NCBI GenBank assembly: GCA_022572805.1
Contig: JACZVF010000001.1
Coordinates: 22,314 to 54,313, forward strand
DNA from: Chloroflexota bacterium
GTDB lineage: Bacteria; Chloroflexota; Dehalococcoidia; Lucifugimonadales; JADFKI01
Length of the DNA stretch: 32,000 nucleotides
Reading direction: 5' to 3'
Shown here: positions 19,629-27,783 of the stretch, one piece after another
Position numbering within the stretch: position 1 is the stretch's first letter
Layout: every line of letters begins with the position of its first letter
Notes under the pieces: generated by a model
What the model saw: only the letters and a program-made list of their open reading frames with translations
The model's database searches: none
Told to the model about the DNA's origin: nothing
Translations under genes and position numbers: made by a program

Positions 19629-20087
19629 TTACAGCTTGTCAATCTCCGCCAGGATATCTTTGGGGTCCAGGTCGGCCGAGCTGTCGTAAACCCGCTTGAA
19701 GCGGATAACGCCTTCCTTATCGATAACGAAGACAGCACGACTGGCCGCGCCGCGCTGCTCGTTCCATATCCCGTAGGCGTGCGTCACCTGTCCCTTGGGA
19801 TGGAAATCCGACAGAATCGGGTAGGGAATGGTGCCTAGAGACATTGAGTAGGCGGTCTGAGTGGGCCTGGCGTCGTTGCTAATACCCAGAACCTGGGTAT
19901 CCTTCTCCTCGAACAGCGCGTTTGACCTGCGGAACAAGGAGACCTGGTCCGTTCAACCGCCTGTGAACGAGAAAATGTGGAAGGAGAGAACGACGTTCTT
20001 CTTTCCCTTGTAGCCGCTGAGCGTAACCGTGCTCAGGTCTTGCGCCGGCAGGGAAAAATCCGGCGCCTGCTGTCCTACATCTACCAT
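19629..20087 (-). CDS. AhpE/Bcp-like 1-Cys-type peroxiredoxin with an in-frame TGA (19953-19955) at the peroxidatic Cys position. It is either a candidate selenoprotein (Sec45) or a pseudogene.
   Basis: The track shows only the C-terminal 102 codons. The same frame continues upstream through TGA to ATG 20087, which has AGGAG 7 nt upstream. The full reading is MVDVGQQAPDFSLPAQDLSTVTLSGYKGKKNVVLSFHIFSFTGG-U-TDQVSLFRRSNALFEEKDTQVLGISNDARPTQ...PYPILSDFHPKGQVTHAYGIW...RAVFVIDKEGVIRF. Both halves are peroxiredoxin-like, and the TGA replaces the Cys of the FTxxC motif. Confidence 0.7.
19905..19955 (-). promoter_or_regulatory. Candidate bacterial SECIS element downstream of the in-frame UGA
   Basis: The mRNA reads UGA-ACGGACCAGGU-CUCCUUG-UUC-CGC-AGGUCAAAC-GCG-CUGUU-CGAGGAG. 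A 7-bp outer stem starts 11 nt after the UGA. Inside are an internal loop, a 3-bp inner stem and a 9-nt apical loop containing GGUC. Confidence 0.5.
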
Positions 20088-20144
20088 GCCTAACTCCTGG
20101 TTCAGAGTGGTCCTGGATTTACGCTCCGCTGAGACAGACGGAGA

Positions 20145-21665
20145 TTAAGCCCGCCGCCTCCAACGTAGGTCGGGTTGACGGGCCGCCCTGGCCTCGTCCA
20201 GTCGTGTATTTGGGCTATCATGGGGCGCGTCATGTAGAAGGCTGGGCTCCTCCCGGGCTTCCCGCGCTATAGTCTTCATCACCTCAATGAAATAGTCAAG
20301 CGTCTCCTTGGATTCGGTCTCCGTGGGCTCGACCATAAGGGCCTCCTCAACGATGAGGGGGAAGTACATGGTCGGCGGGTGAATACCGTAATCAATGAGG
20401 CGTTTGGCCACGTCAAGCGCGCTGACGCCGTGTTGTCGTTTCAAGGTGGCCGCCGAAAGTACGACCTCGTGCATGCAGACTCTGTCGTAGGGCAGGTCAA
20501 AGTCATTCTTTAGCTGGCTTTGCAGGTAGTTGGCGTTCAGCACCGCGTCATTGCTTATGGCGGCGATGCCGTCCTTGCCGAGGCTGCTTATGTAGGCATG
20601 CGCTCTCACAAGCGCGCCGAAGTTTCCGTGGAAGGCAGCCATGCGTCCTATGCTCTTCTCCGGCGTCGTGAAGCCAAAGGTCTCCTTTTTCTTGCCATCC
20701 GGGGCACTATTTGGGCCGCCGTCTACCTGCCGCGTCACCCAGGGCGTTGGCAGGTACGGCAGGAGCCTGGGGCCGACAAGAACAGGGCCGGAGCCGGGGC
20801 CGCCTCCGCCATGTGGTTGGGTGAAGGTCTTGTGCAGATTGGAGTGCATCACGTCGAAGCCCAGGTCGCCCATTCGCACCCGGCCCAGCAGCGCGTTCAA
20901 GTTGGCGCCGTCGCCGTAAACTATGCCTCCCGCGTCTCGGACAATCTTCACCACCTGTTCGATGTTGCTGTCGAAGAGACCGAGGGTGCTGGGCAGGGTA
21001 ATCATCAGACCGGCGAGATCGTCGCCGGCACTCTCGCGCAACGCGTCCAGGTCCGTGTCTCCCCGCGCATCCGATGGCAGAGTGACCACCTCGAATCCAG
21101 ACATTGTGGCGGTGGCGGGATTGGTGCCGTGGGCGCTATCCGGAATCAGCACCTTGGTCCGCTGGGTGTCCCCCCGGTCCAGGTGATAGGCCCGCGCCAT
21201 GAGCATACCGGCCAGCTCGCCGTCGGCGCCGGCCATAGGCGCCAGGGATACGCCGGGCATTCCGGTTATCGCCGCCAGGTACTCCTGAAGCTCCCACATG
21301 AGCTTTAGAGCGCCCTGCACAGTGGACTCCGGTTGCAGCGGATGGATCTCAGTGAAGCCCCGCATGGCGGCGACCTCGTCGTTGACCTTGGGGTTGTACT
21401 TCATGGTGCAGCTGCCCAGCGGGTAAAAATTGTGGTCTATGGAAAAGTTAAGCTGGCTCAACTGGGAAAAGTAGCGGACAATCTCGCCCTCAGTGACCTC
21501 GGGAAAGTCGATCTCGTCCCGCAGCATATCAGATGGCGGCAACGGCCCCTCAGGCACGTCGTTGGGAGGCAGGCTGACGCCCATCCTACCTGGAACGCTA
21601 CGGTCCATTAGCAGCCGGCGGCGACTGTCCTCGTACTTTTGCTGAAGGGAATTCCGCTTCCCCAT
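20145..21665 (-). CDS. gcvPB: Glycine dehydrogenase (aminomethyl-transferring) subunit 2
   Basis: 506 aa. NFYPLGSCTMKYNP and the PLP-lysine region NLHKTFTQPHGGGGPG match GcvPB. The start overlaps the gcvPA stop (TGATG). Confidence 0.95.
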   Translation of the reverse strand: MGKRNSLQQKYEDSRRRLLMDRSVPGRMGVSLPPNDVPEGPLPPSDMLRDEIDFPEVTEGEIVRYFSQLSQLNFSIDHNFYPLGSCTMKYNPKVNDEVAAMRGFTEIHPLQPESTVQGALKLMWELQEYLAAITGMPGVSLAPMAGADGELAGMLMARAYHLDRGDTQRTKVLIPDSAHGTNPATATMSGFEVVTLPSDARGDTDLDALRESAGDDLAGLMITLPSTLGLFDSNIEQVVKIVRDAGGIVYGDGANLNALLGRVRMGDLGFDVMHSNLHKTFTQPHGGGGPGSGPVLVGPRLLPYLPTPWVTRQVDGGPNSAPDGKKKETFGFTTPEKSIGRMAAFHGNFGALVRAHAYISSLGKDGIAAISNDAVLNANYLQSQLKNDFDLPYDRVCMHEVVLSAATLKRQHGVSALDVAKRLIDYGIHPPTMYFPLIVEEALMVEPTETESKETLDYFIEVMKTIAREAREEPSLLHDAPHDSPNTRLDEARAARQPDLRWRRRA

Positions 21666-22990
21666 CAGGCAGCAGCCTCGGCCAACGCCTGCGCGAAGGC
21701 TTCGATCTCTTGCCGGGAGTTAACCTCCGTGGCGCAGACCAGCATGCCGTTGGGCAGGAGATCGCTGATATCCAGGCCGCCAATGATTTTTCGGGCGAGC
21801 AGCTTTTCGTTGATTTCAGAGGGAGAGCCCGGACATTTTACGACGAACTCCTGGAAGAACGTCCCGTCCATGGGCAAGGAGTAGCCAGGTATTTTCTCGA
21901 TGAGCGACGCCAGGTAATGGGCTTTATGATAAGTCAGCTCCGCCATGTGACGCATGCCCTTCTTGCCGTTGGCCGCCATGTACACAGTGGACATAAGCGC
22001 TATCAGAGCTACTGATGTGCATATGTTGGAGGTGGCCCGCTCCCGCCTGATGTGCTGCTCCCGCGTCTGCAACGTGAGGACGTAGGCAAGCTTGCCTTCC
22101 GTGTCCACGGTGCGGCCCACGATGCGGCCGGGCATCTGCCGAATGTACCGCTGCTTGCAGGCGAAGATACCCACGTAGGGGCCTCCGAAGGTCGGCGCGA
22201 CGCCCAGGGCCTGACCCTCCGATGCGACAATGTCCGCGTCATACTCGCCGGGGGGCTTGAACAAGGCCATCGCCAGAGGGTCCGCATATACAACGAACAG
22301 GGCGCCTTGGGCGTGGACCTTTTCGGCCACGGCCTGCATATCCGCCACGTATCCGTAGAAGTCCGGCTGCTGCGCCAGGAGACACGCGGTACCCTCCGCC
22401 AACGTAATGCCGTCGCCGGAGACGATGTCGATATCGATGCCCTGGGACCTGGTGTAAGTTTCCAGCACCTTGAGGTAAGTGGGCGACACGCCGTCCAGCA
22501 CGGCGACACGCCGTCCCCCCTGGATTCGCACGGCCATCAGCGCGGCTTCGGCCAGCGACGTGGCGCCGTCGTACATGCCGGCGTTGGCCACATCCATGCC
22601 CGTCAGTTGAGCGCAAAGAGTTTGAAACTCGAACTCGGTCTGCAGCGTTCCCTGAGACACCTCAGGCTGGTATGGGGTATACGACGTGACGAACTCACTG
22701 CGGCCGGTCAGTTGCCGCACTATGGCCGGTACGTAATGCCTGTATGCGCCCGCGCCAAGAAAACAGGCGTATTCGCCCGGAATGAAATTGGCGGACGCCA
22801 GCTCCTCGGCATATCGAAGGAGCTCCATTTCCGACTTGGGCGGGGGTAAGTCCAGAGGCGGGTTTCGGTAGGCTTCGGGAATGTCTAGAAATAGCTCTTC
22901 GACGGAATCCACGCCGATGGCGTGCAGCATATCTCGTCTGTCGCTATCCGTGTTGGGGCTGTACGGAGACACGAATCCGTGGGAGTCCAT
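21665..22990 (-). CDS. gcvPA: Glycine dehydrogenase (aminomethyl-transferring) subunit 1
   Basis: 441 aa. FLGAGAYRHYVPA, SYTPYQPEVSQGTLQ and LQTREQHIRRERATSNICT are typical of GcvPA. Confidence 0.95.
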   Translation of the reverse strand: MDSHGFVSPYSPNTDSDRRDMLHAIGVDSVEELFLDIPEAYRNPPLDLPPPKSEMELLRYAEELASANFIPGEYACFLGAGAYRHYVPAIVRQLTGRSEFVTSYTPYQPEVSQGTLQTEFEFQTLCAQLTGMDVANAGMYDGATSLAEAALMAVRIQGGRRVAVLDGVSPTYLKVLETYTRSQGIDIDIVSGDGITLAEGTACLLAQQPDFYGYVADMQAVAEKVHAQGALFVVYADPLAMALFKPPGEYDADIVASEGQALGVAPTFGGPYVGIFACKQRYIRQMPGRIVGRTVDTEGKLAYVLTLQTREQHIRRERATSNICTSVALIALMSTVYMAANGKKGMRHMAELTYHKAHYLASLIEKIPGYSLPMDGTFFQEFVVKCPGSPSEINEKLLARKIIGGLDISDLLPNGMLVCATEVNSRQEIEAFAQALAEAAA

Positions 22991-23005
22991 AAGCTTCTCC
23001 CCAGC

Positions 23006-23392
23006 TCAGTCTTGGGAGGCCAGGAAGGACTCGTACTGTTCGGCGGACAGTAGCTTATCCAACTGGGAGGGGTCGCTGAGCTCCACCCGAATCATCCAAC
23101 CGGCCTCGAATGGGGCGTCATTTACGAGTTGCGGATTATCCAAAACCTGCTCGTTGCGCTCGGTGATCTTGCCGCTGACTGGGGAATACAGGTCGGACAC
23201 AGCCTTCACTGATTCGATCTCGCCCATCTTTTCAGCCCGACCGACCTCAGCGCCAACCTCGGGCAGCTCTACAAAGACCACGTCGCCCAGGCTTTCGGCC
23301 GCGAACTCGGTTATTCCCACCAGCACCACCGTGGCCGATTCCACCTGCACCCATTCGTGCTCTTCCGAGTACTTAAGCTCTGTAGGATTCAT
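23006..23392 (-). CDS. gcvH: Glycine cleavage system H protein
   Basis: 128 aa. YSEEHEWV and the lipoyl-lysine motif GEIESVKAVSDLYSPVSG match GcvH. Confidence 0.95.
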   Translation of the reverse strand: MNPTELKYSEEHEWVQVESATVVLVGITEFAAESLGDVVFVELPEVGAEVGRAEKMGEIESVKAVSDLYSPVSGKITERNEQVLDNPQLVNDAPFEAGWMIRVELSDPSQLDKLLSAEQYESFLASQD

Positions 23393-24501
23393 CCGTTTCT
23401 TCTCCGTGAATAAAAGGGCAGTTCCGTTACCTCTGCGTCCACCGGCCTGCCTCGGACGTCAATCCGAATGACGGTGCCCGGCACGGCATATTCGATGCCA
23501 ACGTAGCCCAGTCCGATGCCGGCTTCCAAAGTTGGAGAGTGCCCGCCGCTCGATACCAGCCCGATGTTTTCAGCGCCACTCATTATAGCGTAACCATGCC
23601 GGGGGATGCCTCTGCCGGTAATAGTAAATCCAATCAATTTTCTGGCCAACGCGGCGTCCCTGATTCGTGTCAAGGAAGGGCCGGCTACGTACCCGTCGCG
23701 GTCCGGATCAACGAAGCGGTCCAGCCCCGCCTCGTACGGGTTTATGTTCACATCCATGTCGTTGCCGTGCAAGAGAAGCCCGGCCTCCAGGCGCAGCACG
23801 TCCCGAGCGCCCAGACCGCAGGGCACGGCGCCGGCCGCAATAAGCTTTCGCCATATTTCGACTGCCGCTGAAGCAGGCACGATGATCTCGAAGCCGTCCT
23901 CGCCTGTGTAGCCCGTGCGGGCCAGCCACACTTCGATCGACGCAATAGACACCCTTTTGGTGGCGAAGGGCCTTATCGCCGACACGCCCGCGTCATCCAA
24001 GTCGCATAGACCGTCTACCATTTCCACGGCGTCGGGCCCCTGTACAGCGATCATGGCGTATTCGGATGTCACGTCAACAACGGTCACTTCGGAGCCAGAC
24101 TGGTCCCAGCGCTTCAGCCACTGGAGCACGACGTCGGTGTTGGAGGCATTGGGTACCAGCAGGAACATCTCGTTGGACCGCCGATACACGATGCAGTCGT
24201 CTATGATTCCGCCGGACTCGTCGCAAATGACGTTGTAGCGGGCGCGGCCGAGCCTGAGAGCTGACGCACTTATGCTAAGAACCCCGTCGAGGAGAGACGC
24301 AGCGCCGGGTCCGGATATCTCCAATCGTCCCATGTGCGACACATCGAATATACCGGCGGCAGTGCGGACGGACCGTGCCTCGTCGAGGATGCCGGAATAT
24401 TGCACGGGCATCTCCCAACCAGAGAAGGGCACCAGCCTACCGCCCTGCGCGACGTGGGCCTCGTATAGTGGAGTTCGTTGTAATTGCGCCTTATCGGCCA
24501 T
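23389..24501 (-). CDS. gcvT: Glycine cleavage system aminomethyltransferase T
   Basis: MADKAQLQRTPLYEAHVAQGGRLVPFSGWEMPVQY...FDVSHMGRLEISG... matches GcvT. The track ORF extends to 24582, but the conserved N-terminus and GAGG RBS favour ATG 24501. An ATGA overlap links it to gcvH. Confidence 0.93.
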   Translation of the reverse strand: MADKAQLQRTPLYEAHVAQGGRLVPFSGWEMPVQYSGILDEARSVRTAAGIFDVSHMGRLEISGPGAASLLDGVLSISASALRLGRARYNVICDESGGIIDDCIVYRRSNEMFLLVPNASNTDVVLQWLKRWDQSGSEVTVVDVTSEYAMIAVQGPDAVEMVDGLCDLDDAGVSAIRPFATKRVSIASIEVWLARTGYTGEDGFEIIVPASAAVEIWRKLIAAGAVPCGLGARDVLRLEAGLLLHGNDMDVNINPYEAGLDRFVDPDRDGYVAGPSLTRIRDAALARKLIGFTITGRGIPRHGYAIMSGAENIGLVSSGGHSPTLEAGIGLGYVGIEYAVPGTVIRIDVRGRPVDAEVTELPFYSRRRNG

Positions 24502-24597
24502 GCGTACCTCGCCCCATTTTTGGCGTCCCCATGCCGATTTTTGAAAAATTCTTGCAAGGGAGAGTTGGCCCGCGAGATCCATGCCAGACCCGGCGGA

Positions 24598-24626
24598 ATG
24601 TTATTGGGCCTCGCAAAGGATGTCAA
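24598..24626 (-). promoter_or_regulatory. Candidate gcvT operon promoter: TTGACA, 17-nt spacer, TAACAT
   Basis: Minus strand reads aatgTTGACAtcctttgcgaggcccaaTAACATtcc. It leaves a ~90-nt leader before ATG 24501. Confidence 0.45.
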
Positions 24627-24718
24627 CATTCGACGACCGCCACGGGTTTTTTGTACATCAGCGAAGGAAGACGGCACTTGCGAATCAGGTCGGTGAGCGA
24701 TATTTTCAGGAGTCGTTC

Positions 24719-24727
24719 TGGTATAAT
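24719..24727 (+). promoter_or_regulatory. Candidate extended -10 promoter for ftsH (TGgTATAAT)
   Basis: TG is at 24719-24720 and TATAAT at 24722-24727. There is no good -35. It lies ~100 nt upstream of the ftsH ATG. Confidence 0.4.
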
Positions 24728-24825
24728 ACAAGTAGCGTCGGCTTGCAAGCGCCCATGCCGCCTTAGGCTCGTTTAGCAACCAGCCACGCATTAATCGCGC
24801 ACCGACGGGTGTATAGGAAACCTAA

Positions 24826-26679
24826 ATGAATTCCCGGCTCATGCGGAACAGCTTCATATACCTGCTGATCATAGTAGCTGTGCTCGCCATCTTCTTTACT
24901 TTGTTCTCGGACCCTCTTGGCGGCTCGCGAGAGCTTCCCATCAGCGACATCGTCACCATGGCCGCCAGGGGAGACGTGGACAGGATAGAGGTCAGGGGAG
25001 ACAAGCTGACGGTGTTTACGACGTCGGGCGAGACGGTCACATCCCGCAAGGAGCAGGACTCCTCCATCGTCAAGATTTTGGAGAACGCCGGCATAGACCC
25101 GCTGGCCTCCAATGTGCAGATCGAGGTCAGGGGGTCCAGCGGCCTTGGCAGCCTATTTGGTATTTTGATCAATTTCCTTCCCCTTATCTTTTTTGGGGCC
25201 ATACTGCTGTTCATGATGCGGCAGGCCCAGGGCAACAGCAATCAGACTTTCAGCTTTGGCCGCAGTCGGGCCCGCATGTTCGTGGGCAACAGCCCGTCGG
25301 TCAGCTTCGATGATGTCGCCGGCGTGCAGGAGGCCAAGGAAGAGCTGGAAGAGGTCGTCGAGTTCCTGAAGTTTCCGGAGCGTTTCACCAGCCTGGGCGC
25401 CAAGATTCCCAAGGGCGTGCTGCTGGTGGGCCCTCCAGGAACCGGCAAGACCCTGCTGGCCCGTGCTGTGGCCGGAGAGGCGGAGGTCCCCTTCTTCTCC
25501 ATATCTGGCTCAGAGTTCGTGGAGATGTTCGTGGGCGTGGGCGCGGCCCGAGTACGCGACCTGTTCGACCAGGCCAAACGCAACTCCCCCTGCATCGTTT
25601 TCATTGACGAGATCGACGCCGTGGGAAGGCACCGCGGCGCTGGACTTGGCGGCGGCCACGATGAACGCGAGCAAACACTGAACCAGATCCTCGTGGAGAT
25701 GGACGGATTCGACGTGACCACCAACGTCATCGTCCTGGCGGCTACCAACCGGCCGGATATCCTGGACCCGGCGCTGCTTCGGCCCGGCCGTTTCGACCGG
25801 CGCGTGGTGCTGGACAATCCAGACATTCGCGGCAGGCTTCAGATTCTCGAGGTCCACTCAAAAGGTAAGCCACTGGCCGACGACCTGGATCTGGCGCATG
25901 TCGCCAAGCAGACGGTGGGTTTCAGCGGCGCGGACCTGGCCAATCTTGCCAACGAAGCTGCCATTCTGGCAGCCCGCAGACACCTGACGAAGATCACTAA
26001 CGAGGAGTTCGCGGAGTCAATCGACCGGGTAATTGCGGGTCCGGCCCGTAAGAGCAGGGTGGTGAGCGAACGCGAGAAGCGCATCACCGCATTCCACGAG
26101 GCAGGTCACGCCCTTGTTGGCTTCCTCATTCCAGAGGCGGACAACGTTACGAAGATATCCATTGTCGCCAGGGGGCAAATGGGGGGATACACCAGGTTCT
26201 CCCCTGAGGAAGAGCACAACCTGGTCTCCAAAAAGGAGTTGCAGGCGAAACTGGCCGTGGCCTTGGGAGGACGGACGGCAGAGGAGATCGTGTTCAGTGA
26301 GATTACCACCGGAGCCAGCAACGACCTGGAACAGGCAACCCAGATAGCCCGTGCCATGGTTACCCAGCTCGGCATGAGCGAAAAGATGGGGCCGCGCACC
26401 TTCGGCAAACGGGAGGAGATGGTATTCCTGGGCCGCGAGATTCACGAGCAGGTGGACTACAGCGATCACTTTGCGGAGGAGATCGACGCCGAAGTGCGGC
26501 GTTTCATTCAGGAAGCTCACGACACCGCCACCGAGCGACTTACAGAAAACCGCGAAACCTTGGATAAGGTCGCTGAATACCTGCTGGAATTTGAAACTGC
26601 GGAGGAAAGCGTGCTGGACGAACTTTTCTCCGGCGCAGGCCACGATGACGAGCCTGAGGCCATCTCGGCGGACGATTAG
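24826..26679 (+). CDS. ftsH: ATP-dependent zinc metalloprotease FtsH
   Basis: 617 aa with two N-terminal TM segments, AAA+ Walker A GPPGTGKT, Walker B IVFIDEID, the [11 protein letters not shown] and the zinc motif HEAGHAL. Confidence 0.97.
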   Translation: MNSRLMRNSFIYLLIIVAVLAIFFTLFSDPLGGSRELPISDIVTMAARGDVDRIEVRGDKLTVFTTSGETVTSRKEQDSSIVKILENAGIDPLASNVQIEVRGSSGLGSLFGILINFLPLIFFGAILLFMMRQAQGNSNQTFSFGRSRARMFVGNSPSVSFDDVAGVQEAKEELEEVVEFLKFPERFTSLGAKIPKGVLLVGPPGTGKTLLARAVAGEAEVPFFSISGSEFVEMFVGVGAARVRDLFDQAKRNSPCIVFIDEIDAVGRHRGAGLGGGHDEREQTLNQILVEMDGFDVTTNVIVLAATNRPDILDPALLRPGRFDRRVVLDNPDIRGRLQILEVHSKGKPLADDLDLAHVAKQTVGFSGADLANLANEAAILAARRHLTKITNEEFAESIDRVIAGPARKSRVVSEREKRITAFHEAGHALVGFLIPEADNVTKISIVARGQMGGYTRFSPEEEHNLVSKKELQAKLAVALGGRTAEEIVFSEITTGASNDLEQATQIARAMVTQLGMSEKMGPRTFGKREEMVFLGREIHEQVDYSDHFAEEIDAEVRRFIQEAHDTATERLTENRETLDKVAEYLLEFETAEESVLDELFSGAGHDDEPEAISADD

Positions 26680-26709
26680 CTGTCCGTTTACTAATTGACC
26701 TCATTGATG

Positions 26710-26749
26710 AACAGGGCGGCCCTGATTGGACCGCCCTGTTCGCTTTTGG
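26710..26749 (+). terminator. Rho-independent terminator after ftsH
   Basis: AACAGGGCGG-ccctgattgga-CCGCCCTGTT followed by CGCTTTTGG. Confidence 0.75.
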
Positions 26750-26759
26750 AGCCCTGCGG

Positions 26760-27629
26760 TTAGAGGGCGGAAACGATATCCCTCGCGCGTGCTATGGCAT
26801 CAATGTGGGCCTGCGGGGTTTCAAGACCGCTGTTCATTGTGTTGAAGGACAGGTGCGTAGCGCCCATCTCCTTCCAGGCCAAAGCATCCTGAACGCAGTC
26901 CTCGATCGACCGATCGCCGACGGTCACCCAGCCTTCCAGGCCTATCGAGCCCGGGTCCCGCCCGCTCTCAACAGCGGAGGCCCGCATTTTTTCCACCAGC
27001 GCCTTCCTGGAATCGTCCGGGCTACCGGTCAGGATCCATCCGTCGGCGATACGGCCCACCCGCCGCGCCACTGCGTCTACTCCGCCTCCCAGCCAGATTG
27101 GGATCGGCCTCTGCACCGGCAGCGGATTCAGCCCCGCATCGTCAATCTTGTGCCAACGCCCTTCAAAAGTCACAAGAGGCTCGGTCCACAGCCTACGAAG
27201 TACGTCAATCTGCTCCTCCGAGCGCCTGCCCCTGTTTTGGAAGTTCTGTCCCAGCGCTTCGTACTCCACTGGATTCCAGCCCGTGCCTATGCCAAGCCGC
27301 AGCCTGCCTCGTGACAGAACGTCGGCCGCCGCCGCCTGCTTGGCCACGAGAACGGTCTGTCGCTGGGGAAGTATGACGATGCCCGACGCCAGCCCAATCG
27401 TCTCCGTGACGCCTGCCAAGAAGCCGAACAGCACGAAGGGTTCGTGGAACATGTGGGTGTGCCTGTACGGTCCGGTTAGGTCTGGGTGGGTGTCCGGATT
27501 CGCTCCCACTACGTGATCATATGCCAGTATGTGGTCGTACCCCAACGACTCGGCCGCCTGGGCGTAGGCCTTAATGGCGCCGGGGTCATCTCCGATTTCC
27601 GTCTGGGGAAAGGTAACTCCAATTTTCAT
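26760..27629 (-). CDS. Luciferase-like monooxygenase (LLM) family oxidoreductase, probably F420-dependent
   Basis: 289 aa. MKIGVTFPQTEIGDDPGAIKAYAQAAESLGYDHILAYDHV...ILPQRQTVLVAKQAAAADVLSRGRLRLGIGTGWNPVEYEALG...RGRRSEEQIDVLRRLW resembles the Rv2161c-type LLM F420 oxidoreductase clade. This is from memory. The cofactor cannot be proven from sequence. Confidence 0.75.
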   Translation of the reverse strand: MKIGVTFPQTEIGDDPGAIKAYAQAAESLGYDHILAYDHVVGANPDTHPDLTGPYRHTHMFHEPFVLFGFLAGVTETIGLASGIVILPQRQTVLVAKQAAAADVLSRGRLRLGIGTGWNPVEYEALGQNFQNRGRRSEEQIDVLRRLWTEPLVTFEGRWHKIDDAGLNPLPVQRPIPIWLGGGVDAVARRVGRIADGWILTGSPDDSRKALVEKMRASAVESGRDPGSIGLEGWVTVGDRSIEDCVQDALAWKEMGATHLSFNTMNSGLETPQAHIDAIARARDIVSAL

Positions 27630-27783
27630 CAGCGTCCTCCGTGTAGGTGTGCGTTTCCATATTCCTGAGCTGGCTCCCTGAGCCGGGGCGGTCCAAGCCT
27701 CAAGTTAGTGTAATATATATGCTATTCGGCGCGGCGGTGTCCATATTTGACCCCAAGCGCGCCACAGGTGTTGACTTCTTTTT

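Noticed and set aside
19953-19955. TGA as evidence of an alternative genetic code (UGA read as Gly or Trp)
   Set aside because: TGA clearly terminates other well-defined genes in the window: gcvPA at 21665-21667, phnD at 30196-30198 and phnE at 31792-31794. Their lengths match their families. Codon-specific recoding (Sec) or a mutation are therefore the only options.
24502-24700. Expected glycine riboswitch upstream of gcvT
   Set aside because: I read both strands and found none of the conserved aptamer cores. The + strand segment CAGCGAAGGAAGAC...AATCAGG only loosely resembles them, and it lies on the strand opposite to gcvT. I did not call it. A covariance-model search is needed to be sure.
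24270-24791. Several 60-173-aa ORFs on both strands in the gcvT-ftsH intergenic region, plus the N-terminal extension of the gcvT ORF to 24582
   Set aside because: The conserved GcvT N-terminus begins at ATG 24501 with its own RBS. The other ORFs overlap one another and the predicted promoters, and they have no protein-like features.
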